Of a DNA stretch of 64,000 nt, positions 1 to 9,143 are shown in pieces. The translations under genes and the position numbers were made by a program. Every line of letters begins with the position of its first letter. Positions within the stretch are counted from its first letter, which is position 1. The notes below the pieces were generated by a model. It did not search any database, was not told the DNA's origin, and worked only from the letters and a program-made list of their open reading frames with translations. The stretch is from positions 320,974,001 through 321,038,000 of the forward strand of contig NC_091979.1 in the NCBI RefSeq assembly GCF_044704955.1, given 5' to 3'. Origin of the DNA: Pristiophorus japonicus. Lineage: Eukaryota.

Positions 1-131
1 CAGGGAACACACTTCACAGGTGCTGTCTGCCAAGAAATCTGTAGGTGACTGAACATTACGTGGGATTTACACTGTCCTTATCATCCACAATCATCAGGAC
101 AAGGAGAACAAATGAATCGAACTCTGCGAAA
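1..131 (+). pseudogene. pol: Retroviral integrase catalytic-core remnant (pol 3' fragment, truncated)
   Basis: Frame 1 reads QGTHFTGAVCQEICR*LNITWDLHCPYHPQSSGQGEQMNRTLRK. This matches the retroviral integrase (D)xGxxF...HxPYHPQSSGxVERxNRTLK region and has one in-frame stop. It is not in the ORF track. Confidence 0.85.
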
Positions 132-1485
132 ATGTATAAATTTACTGTATTACTGGTTGTAGGTATTCTAGGCATAGTCCTACTTCTTACTAGCCGACCC
201 TCTGCACCAGAGGGAAATAGTAGAGTAGCAAGGGAATTACATGTAAATACCTTTTTTATATATGTCATACATTTATGCCAAACAAGGTAACATTTCTAGT
301 TGTTGGGTGTGTGCGCATATTCCTATTCACTCAAAGGGAGGGATTCTCTTGAGGCCAGTTCCCTTGAATATCTCGGAAATGGCTCAGTGGATAATTAATC
401 AAAACAAAACAGGCAATGCGTTTCAGGATACGGAAAACTGGGCACATAAATGGAAGTCAGCAGGTTACAATCTGACTACCTTTGAAGGGGGATACCAACC
501 ATGCTACAATAATTCCAAACGGCCCCCATTTTTTGTGATCACTAATACAACGGGAATAGGAAGACCGGGGGAATCGGTCTGTCTGATTAGAAACATCAAA
601 GGAGGCCAAAATATGGGGTATAGTAACTGCCCCCGGAATTATAATATAATCAAGCCACGGAACTGTCCAAACTGGGCCAATGTGAGAATTTTTAACGTAA
701 CGGGGATTCTGAATAAAACAGATGGAAAAGCCTGGACAGGCCCCGGAGTGTTGCTGACAAAGAAACAGCTAACATTCATTGCCTATAATGGCACCTATTG
801 GGTGTGTGGCCACAAGGCCTACCCTTGGCTGCCCCAGAATTGGATGGGATCCTGTTATTTAGCCTACATTGTGCCTTATATGTATCATATAAAGTCACTG
901 TCGGAACATTTACACCGTCCTAAGAGAGCTATCACAGAAACAGAGAGGTCCTTTGCCATCCTGATCCCCGGGTATGGGACCGCCAGACTGGCAAGGGAAT
1001 CCATTAACATGGCATCCGTTGTGGAACGGGTAGCCAATGATACCTCAGAGGCCCTAGTTAAAATCAATGCAGAAATGGTAGCAATCCGCACAGTAGCCCT
1101 ACAGAATAGACTGGCCCTTGATTACATCCTGGCTGAAAAGGGAGGTACTTGCGTCCTACTCGGAACTGAGTGTTGCACATATATCCCAGATAGCTCCGAA
1201 GAAATTACCCACTTAGCGGAGCATATCCAAAAGGAGGTAGAAAAACTTAAACAACCCCCATCATTCACTTTGTGGAGTGGAGACACTGAATGGCTAGGTT
1301 CAATAGGAACTTCATTGGTGGAAGGTTTAATTCTATTTGTTGTAATTATTTTACTTTTATATTGTTTGTTTATGTTGATTAAATGTTGTTGCGACCAGGC
1401 GGCTGTAGCTGCTGTCCCACAGGTGAGACACCTTGCAGGTCCCAGCAGACCGTCTGTACGTGGCACAGGGGTATGTTATGCTTAA
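132..1485 (+). CDS. env: Endogenous retrovirus gamma-type envelope glycoprotein (~450 aa if one +1 frameshift in the T6 run at 252-257 is corrected)
   Basis: Signal peptide MYKFTVLLVVGILGIVLLLTS from ATG 132. ORF 262-1485 carries a CWVC (CXXC) motif, furin site RPKR, fusion peptide, immunosuppressive domain LQNRLALDYILAEKGG, CX6CC (CVLLGTECC), a TM helix and a Cys-rich tail. Confidence 0.92.
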
Positions 1486-1760
1486 GGGAAGGTTGTTTAC
1501 TGGTTGAACTAAGATATTGATTTGGATTAAATTGGAATAAGGTTAATTAACCTACTAAAACCAGACTTCCATTGTGGCCACGATGGAACTCGGGTTGGTG
1601 TAAATTTGTGTGGAAGCTACTAGTCCGGACATGTGGCAAAACACATCAACAAATTTTAGAAGGAAACTCTATTAACATGTATGAAATTATTTTGTAGAAT
1701 GTTTAACCAGTGATACCTGATATTTTATGATTCAGTTTGTGAAAGAATCAAAGGGGGGAT

Positions 1761-2125
1761 TGATAGAGAATTCAAACAGGCTGCATTTAGACAGGCTGTG
1801 AAAATTCACAGACACCAAGTCAGAGATGCTACGTGAGTGGGAGCATGTTGCATTAAGTCATCAATCAACTTGACATTTTAGGACCTTGGGTAGCGAGCCA
1901 ATTAAAAGGTTAAAAGACTATTAATTGAGCCAATAAGGTCAAAAAGGCGAGTTCTTTTCTGCAAATTGATCCAGGTATAAGTACAGCCATTTTGACCATG
2001 TGGTCTCAGAAGGACAAAGACCTGGCTTAAAGCCAAGAGCTTTTTACTGCGACCAAAATAAAGTGACATTAAAACCACAATCGGAGCTCGTATTTCATTG
2101 GAAATTAAGAGATCTAACAACAACA
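1761..2125 (+). mobile_element. ERV 3' LTR
   Basis: Polypurine tract AAAGGGGGGA immediately precedes the TG start at 1761. TATA-like GTATAA lies at ~1975, AATAAA at 2057-2062, and the CA end at ~2119-2125 (exact end uncertain). Confidence 0.75.
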
Positions 2126-2331
2126 GATGCTAGCTAGCTTATTGACCTGCAGTTTCCTGGGCTGTCCCAATGCCTCTTTGTAAAAGTGTTACATTAGCTA
2201 CTTCAAATCCTCAGCCATTACTCCCATTTCTAATGATTCCCTAAAGGCAGTGAGCCTAGTTGCAAAACTACAACTCGATATTAGATACTCAGTTACTTAC
2301 TGATTTTCCAAGTTATTAAAAAGAAAAATAT

Positions 2332-2757
2332 AAAGACTTCGATTTATATAGCGCCTTTCACAACCACCGGATGTCAAAAAGCGCTTTACAGCCAATGGAG
2401 TACTTTTGGAGTGTAGTCACTGTTCTAATGTAGGAAATGCGACAGGCAATTCGCACATAAGCAAACTCCCACAAACAGCAATAATGACCAGATAATCTGT
2501 TTTTGTTATGTTGATTTAGGGACAAATATTTGCCAGGACACTGGGTATAACTCCCCTATTCTTCTTCGAAACAATGCAAAGGGATCTTTTACGTCCACTT
2601 GGGAGAGCAAATGGGGCCTCGGTTTAACATCTCATCCGAAAGACGGCACCTCCGACAGTGCAGTGCTTCCTCAGCATTGCACTGGAGAGTCAGCCTAGAT
2701 TTTTGTGCTTAAGTCCCTGGAGTGGGGCTTGAACCCACAACCTTCTGACTTAGAGGC
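2332..2757 (-). mobile_element. tRNA-derived Deu-domain SINE (SacSINE1-like)
   Basis: Minus strand shows a B-box GGTTCAAGCCCC, a Deu-like core (GGAGGTGCCGTCTTTCGGATGAGA..AAACCGAGGCCCC) and an L2-type tail AAAGGCGCTATATAAAT. Recognised from memory of the consensus. Confidence 0.8.
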
Positions 2758-2933
2758 CGCATTAAAGTGGCCATATAATTTTATGCTATCCTAATTACCA
2801 GGTTGACATTTATTTATATGCTATCCTTGTGATACCGTAATTGATTTCAATCCTCAGTTACAAAGGTAATGATACAATTGAAATATAGTGCAGCTGCAAA
2901 GTTGATGTAATAATTATAAAAGGTAACATTAAC

Positions 2934-3080
2934 ATCACATTGCTGTTTGTGGGAGTTTGCTTCTGTACAAATTGGCTGCTGCATTTCCTACATTACAACA
3001 GTGACTACACTCCAAAAGTACTTCCTTGGCTGTAAAGCATTTTGAGACATCTGGTGGTCGTGAAAGGCGCTATATAAATC
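2934..3080 (+). mobile_element. SacSINE1-like 3' fragment
   Basis: CACATTGCTGTTTGTGGGAG...GAAAGGCGCTATATAAAT is the reverse complement of ~2335-2480. Confidence 0.75.
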
Positions 3081-3081
3081 G

Positions 3082-4055
3082 AAGATCAGGACCTCAAATC
3101 TGGCACCAAGCTTATGGTCTACAGGGCTGTAGTGATACCCGCCCTCCTATATGATGCACTTGGTGACACCTGGGAGTCCCTGGCCAAAGCCCGCCCTAAA
3201 GGGAGGAAGTGCATCTGGGAGGGCGCTGAGCACCTTGAGTCTCATCGCCGAGAGCATGCAGAAATCAAGCGTAGGCAGCAGAAAGAGCGTGCGGCAAATC
3301 AGTCCCACCCTCCATTACCCTCTACGACTATCTGTCCCACCTGTGACAGGGACTGTGGTTCTCGTATTGGACTGTTCAGCCACCTAAGGACTCATTTTAA
3401 GAGTGGAAGCAAGTCTTCCTCGATTCCGAGGGACGGCCTATGATGATAACGATGATGTATGGCTCAGAGACGTGGACCATATACCTCAAATCGCTGGAGA
3501 AATACCACCAACAATGTCAGCGCAAGATCCTGCAAATCCCCTGGGAGGACAGACGCACCAACGTCAGTGTTCTTGATCAGGCCAACATCGTCAGCATTGA
3601 AGCACTGACCACACTCGAACAACTCCGTTGGGCGGACCACATTGTTCGCATGCCTGACACGAGTCTCCCAAAGCAAGCGCTTTACTCGGAACTCCTACAC
3701 GGCAAGCGAGCCCCAGATGGGCAGAGGAAACATTTCAAGGACATCTTCAAAGCCTCCTTGATAAAGTGCAATATCCCCACCGACACTTGGGAGTCCTTGG
3801 CCAAAGACCACCCTAAGTTGAGGAAGAGCATCCGGGAGGGCGCTGAACACCTCGAGTCTCGTTGCCGAGAGCATGCAGAAAAGACGCGCAGGCAGTGGAA
3901 GGAGCATGCGGCAAACCAGACTCCCCACCCAACGACTGTCTGTCCCACCTGTGACAGAGACTGCAATTCCTGTATTGGACTGTTCAGTCACCTGAGAACT
4001 CACTTTTAGAGTGGAAGCAAGTCTTCCTCGATTTTGAGAGACTGCCTATGATGAA
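3082..4055 (+). mobile_element. Two tandem 3' fragments of an RTE-clade LINE
   Basis: Peptides include MVYRAVVIPALLY, YGSETWT, LRWADHIVRMPD and a C-terminal C2H2 finger (CPTCDRDC..IGLFSHLRTH) that occurs twice. Each copy ends in a (TGA)n-like tail. The first copy is internally deleted. Confidence 0.85.
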
Positions 4056-4074
4056 GAGTTAACAATTATGTTCT

Positions 4075-4215
4075 TTTTATCATTCTCGGGCTGTGGCCTT
4101 CACTGGCAAGGCCAGCATTTATTGCCCATTCCTAATTGCACTTGAGAAGGCAGTGATGGGCCTTCTTCTTGAACCGTTGCAGTCCATGTGGTGAAGATGT
4201 TCCCACAATGCTGTT
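4075..4215 (-). mobile_element. 3' end of a second LINE family (related pieces at ~5540-6030, 7283-8300, 27478-27665, 28116-28400)
   Basis: Shared 3' motif GGGCAATAAATGCTGGCCTTGCCAG on the minus strand. RT motifs VPQGSVLGP and LFADD occur in ORF 7495-7695. Confidence 0.6.
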
Positions 4216-5540
4216 AGGGCCCCAGCTATTCACAATCTATATCAATGATTTGGATGAGGGGACCAGATGTAATATATCCAAGTTTGCTGATACACAGCCA
4301 GGTGGAAATGTAAGTTGTGAGGAAGATGCAAAGAGACTTCAAGGGAATATAGTCAGGCTAAGTGAGTGGGCAAGAACATGGCAAATGGAATATAATGTGG
4401 AGAAATGTGAAGTTATCCACTCTGGTAGGAAAAATAGAAAAGACGAGTATTTTTTAAATGGTGAGAGATTGGGAAATGTTGGTGTTCAGAGGGACCTGGG
4501 AGTCCTTGTACATGAATCACTGAAAGTTAACATGCAGGTACAGCAAGCAATTAAGAAAGCAAATGGTATGTTGGACTTTATTACAGGAGGATTTGAGTAT
4601 AAGAGTAAAGACGTTTTACTGCAATTATATAGGGACCTGGGGAGACCACACCTGGAGTATTGTGTACAGTTTTAGTCTCCTTATCTAAGGAAGGATATAC
4701 TTGCCATTGAGGGAGTGCAAGGGTCACCAGACTGATTCCTGGGATGGGGGATTGTCCTATGAGGTGTGATTGAGTAAACTAGGCCTTTTGGCTAAGATCA
4801 AGTGTAGTACCGTTTCTGACCAGCCACCATGACCTCCGGGTGGTTTCTCCCTGGTCAGAAAGGTATATGCTTGCATTTTTGGAAACAGGAGGTGGGTGGG
4901 GAGGTTTGACCCATCCACCTCCACGGAGGTGTGTGGGGGACCTGACCCATCCACCTCCATGGCACGAACCTGGTATTGCAGTACTTCCAGGAACGGTGCA
5001 GTGGCTCTAGGCCTTTTGGCTAAGAGCATTGGCGCAGAGTGATCCTTGGCATGTGCAAGGTGACCTCTGGCGTTTGTGATTTGACAAAGAATTGGAACGA
5101 TTGGCTACGAATTTAAAAAAAAAACTAGGCCTATATTCTCTAGAGTTTAGAAGAATGATAAGCGACCGCATTGAAACATACAAAATTATTACAGGGCTTA
5201 ACAGGGTAGATGCAGGATGTTTCCTCTGGCTGAGGAGTCTAGAACCAGGGGCTACAGTCTCAGAATAAGGGGTCGGCTATTTAGTACTGAGATGAGGAAA
5301 ATATTCTTCACTCAGAGAGTGATAAATCTTTGGAATTCTCTACCCCAGAAGGCTGTGGAGGGTCAGTCTTTGAGTATATGTAAGCAGAGATCGATAGATT
5401 TTTAAGGGAATCAAGGGATATGGGAATAGTGTAGGAAAGTGGAGTTGAGGTAGAAGATCAGCCATAATCTCATTGACTGGCGGAGCATGCTCGAGGGGTG
5501 GAATGGCCTACTCCTGCTTCTAATTCTTATGTTCTTATGT
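4216..5540 (+). mobile_element. CR1 LINE 3' portion (RT C-terminus and 3' UTR), interrupted by the U2-derived insert
   Basis: [29 protein letters not shown] and RPHLEYCVQF motifs. CR1 3' hairpin and TTCTTATG tail are present. Confidence 0.9.
4776..5132 (+). mobile_element. U2 snRNA-derived retroposon (SINEU-like element or variant-U2 retrocopy) with poly(A) and 11-bp TSD
   Basis: GGCCTTTTGGCTAAGATCAAGTGTAGTA (4782-4809) equals the U2 5' region. Sm site ATTTTTGG at 4875-4882. ACCTGGTATTGCAGTACTTCCAGGAACGGTGCA (4968-5000) matches U2 stem-loop IV and the 3' end. A-tail at 5115-5124. AAACTAGGCCT is duplicated at 4776-4786 and 5122-5132. Confidence 0.85.
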
Positions 5541-6034
5541 AAAGAGTTCCAGGATTTTGACCCAGCAACAATGAAGGGATGGCAATATATGTCTAAGTCA
5601 GGCTAATGTGTGATTTAGAGTTAATTTCCCATGTACTTGCTGCCCTTGTCCTTCGAGGTGATGGAGGTCACAGGTTTTGGAGGTGCTGTGGCAAGTTGCT
5701 GCAGTAGATAAAAGGTAGATAGTACACACTGCAGCCACAGGAGGCTAGTGGTGGAGGGGATGGATGTTTAGGCTAGTGTTAAGGTGTTGAACAAGCAGAC
5801 TGCTCTGTCCTGGATAGTGTTGAGTTTCTTGAGTGTTGATGCATCTGTACTCATCCAAGCAAGTGGATAATATTCCATCAGACTCCTGATTTGTGCCAAG
5901 TGGATAATGAAGAGGCTTTGGAGAGTTCGGAGATGGGCTACTTGCCACAGAATATAGCCTCTGACCTGCTCTAATAGTCATGGCAAGTATGTAGCTGGTC
6001 AAGTTGAGATTCTTATTAATGGTGACCTCGAGGA

Positions 6035-7135
6035 TAAGAACATAAGAACATAAGAAATAGGAGCAGGAGTAGACCATAAGGTCCTTTGAGCCTGCTCCGC
6101 CATTCAATACGATCATGGCTGATCCAATCATGGACTCAGCTCCACTTCCCTGCCCGCTCCCCATAACCCCTTATTCCCTTATCGTTTAAGAAACTGTCTA
6201 TTTCCGTCTTACATTTATTTAATATCCCAGCTTCCATAGCTCTCTGATGCAGCGAATTCCACAGATCCACAACTTTCTGAGAGAAGAAATTTCTCCTTGT
6301 CTCAGTTCTAAATGGACGGCCCCTTATTTTAAGACCATGCCCTCTAGTTCTAGTCTCCTCCACCAGCGGAAACATCCTCTCTGCATCCACCTTGTCAAGC
6401 CCCCTCATAATCTTATACTTTTCCGAAAGATCACCTCTCATTCTTCTGAATTCCAATGAGTAGAGGCCCAAGCTCATCAACCTTTCCTCATAAGTCAACA
6501 CCATCATCCCTGGGATCAACCAAGTGAACCTTCTCTGAACTGCCTCCAAAGCAAGTATATCCTTTCGTAAATATGGAAACCAAAACTGCACACAGTATTC
6601 CAGGTATGACCTCACCAATACCCTGTATAGCTGTAGCAAGGCTTCCTGCTTTTATACTCCATCCCCTTTGCAATAAAGGCCAAGATTTCATTGGCCTTCC
6701 TGATCTCTTGCTGTACCTGCATACTAACCTTTTATGTTGCATGCACAAGTACCCTCAGGTCCCGCTGTACTGCAGCACTTTGCAATCTTTCTCCATTTAA
6801 ATAATAACTTGCTCTTTGATTTTTTTTCTGCCAAAGTGCATGATCTCACTTTGATTTCCAACATTATACTCCATCTGCCAAATTCTTACCCACTCACTTA
6901 GCCTGTCTATGTCCTCCTGCAGCCTTTTTATGTCCTCCTCACACATTGCCCTTCCTCCCATCTTTGTATCATCAGCAAACTTGGCTACGTTACACTCAGT
7001 CCCCTCTTCCAAGTCGTTAATGTAGATTGTAAATAGTTGGGGTCCCAGCACTGATCCCTGCGGCACCCCACTGGTTACTGATTGCCAACCAGAGAATGAA
7101 CCATTTATTCTGACTCTTTGTTTTCTGTTTGTCAT
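6035..7135 (-). mobile_element. CR1 LINE 3' portion
   Basis: ORFs 6797-7135 and 6136-6639 contain SGVPQGSVLGP, KFADDTK and LEYCVQFW. (TAAGAACA)n tail at 6035. Confidence 0.92.
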
Positions 7136-7146
7136 AATGTTGATAT

Positions 7147-7280
7147 AAAAACAGTAAATGCTGGAAATCTCAGCGGATTAGGCAGCATCTGTAGAGAGAA
7201 AAACAGAGTTAACGTTTCAGGTCGCCGACCCTTCGTCAGAAGTTTATTTCAGATTCCAGCATCTGCAGTATTTTACTTTT
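7147..7280. mobile_element. Penelope-like palindromic terminal-repeat remnant with a hammerhead-like core
   Basis: Inverted ends AAAACAGTAAATGCTGGAA ... TTCCAGCATCTGCAGTATTTT. Minus-strand CTGACGA-agggtc-ggc-gacct-GAAACGTT. Confidence 0.55.
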
Positions 7281-8106
7281 GTCCAGGATGTTGATGATAG
7301 GAGACTGACGACGGTAATGCAAAGATGAGGCACTTAAACTCTTTCTTGTTGGAGATGGTCATTGCCTGGCACTTGTATGGCATGAATGTTACTTGCCACT
7401 TATCAACCCAAGCCTGGATGTTGTCCAGGTCTTGCTGCATGCAGGAATGGACTGCTACATTATCCGAGGAATTTTGAATGGAGCTGAATGCTGTTCAATC
7501 ATCAGCGAACAGCCCCACTTCTGACCTTATGATGGAGGGAAGGTCATTGATGAAGTAGATGAAGATGGTTGGGCCGAGGACGCTACCCTGAGGAACTCCT
7601 GTCACAATGTCCTGGGGCTGAGATGATTGTCCTCCAGCAACCACAAACATCTTCCTTTGTGCCAGGTATGAACCCAGCAACAGGAGTTTTCCCACTTTCT
7701 CACCTCACCTCTAGAATTCATATGAGGTCTGGAGCCAAGTGGTCCTCACGGACCTAAACTGAACAACAGGTTATTGGTAAGTTTTGCTTGATAGGACCGT
7801 TGACAACTCCTTCCATCATTTTGCTGATATTAGGAGTGGGGTGATAGGTGATAATGGTCAGATTGAATTTATCTTGCTTTTTTTCTGGGCATACCTGGGC
7901 AATTTTTCACATTGTCGGGTAGCTGCCAGTATTATAGCTGTACTGGAACAGCTTATCTGGGGTTCAGCTAATTCTGGAGCACAGGTCTGCAGCGCTAAAG
8001 ATGAAATGTTGTCAGGGCCCATAGCCTTTATTGTGTCCTGTGCACTCAGCCATTCATGTGGAGTGAATCAAAGTGACTGAAGACTGGCATCCATGATGGC
8101 GGGGAC

Positions 8107-8237
8107 CAATGTTCCCCACAACATTTTTTTTGTACCCGGTCCCTTTAAATTTGCTGCGTGGTATCTTTCAGCGCAACAGCGCGTGAGCCTGAGACTTCCC
8201 GATTGATGCATGGCCGCGAACCTTCGGGGGAACATTG
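8107..8237. mobile_element. hAT-type MITE
   Basis: Perfect TIR CAATGTTCCCC/GGGGAACATTG. Flanking 8-mers GCGGGGAC/GTGGGGAT match at 6/8, with both differences transitions, consistent with an aged 8-bp TSD. Confidence 0.7.
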
Positions 8238-8536
8238 GTGGGGATCTCACCACCATGAGGTTAAGAAGGATCATTTATTCATCATTTCTGACTGAAGATG
8301 GTTACAAATGCTTCAGCCTTGTCTCTTCCAAGTCACATTACCTTGGTCACGATAATTTTATGACATTTCCACAAATTATTAAATTGATAATCTGGTTATT
8401 TTATTTCCCGTTAAAGGTGATGGCCTAATTAAATTATATGAAATTTCAGGTTATTATGGGGATGATGTAATGATATGAATTGATGATTACCATGTTATGA
8501 TGCAATTGTCTGAATTCCAGGTTAGCAGGGCAATGG

Positions 8537-8800
8537 TGTCATTACTGATCTGACGTCATTACTGAGATATTACTGATCTGACGTCATTACTGAGATATTA
8601 CTGAGCTGACGTCATTACTGAGATGTCATTACTGAGCTGACGTCATTACTGAGATATTACTGATCTGACGTCATTACTGAGATGTCATTACTGAGCTGAT
8701 GTCATTACTGAGATATTACTGATCTGACGTCATTACTGAGATGTCATTACTGAGCTGACGTCATTACTGAGATACTACTGAGCTGACGTCATTACTGAGC
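8537..8800. repeat. 28-31 bp minisatellite built around the TGACGTCA (CRE) palindrome
   Basis: Unit approximately ATTACTGA(G/T)CTGACGTCATTACTGAGAT(GTC). Perfect TGACGTCA at 8551, 8579, 8607, 8638, 8666, 8725, 8756 and 8784. Confidence 0.9.
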
Positions 8801-9112
8801 TTGACGTTAGGAATTTCGCGTCAATTACGTCATTGCCCGGAGAGCGGGTTGCCAGGGCGATGACGTCATGTGTTGTGCGGGTTGCTAAGGGGGCGACGTC
8901 ATGTGTTGTGCGGGTTGCTAGGGCGATGATGTCATGCCGGACCCCTGCCGTTGCCATGCTGAAGATGTCACAGAGGCCCGGGCCTTTGAATGTGTTGAGT
9001 GGTGTCCGAGCGCAGGCCAGTAGAGCCGGGCCCTCAGGTACAGTACGGTCAGCGCGCACCTGGGGCCCGGGCTCCCGCCCGCGGCCTCCTTCTGTCTGTC
9101 AGCCCGCCCACA

Positions 9113-9143
<31 letters not shown>

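Noticed and set aside
2700-2760. tRNA gene
   Set aside because: The B-box belongs to the tRNA-derived head of a SINE and there is no complete cloverleaf.
4782-5000. Functional canonical U2 snRNA gene
   Set aside because: The first U2 nucleotides are missing, no promoter is evident, the interior is remodelled, and it is inserted in a CR1 with a TSD and poly(A).
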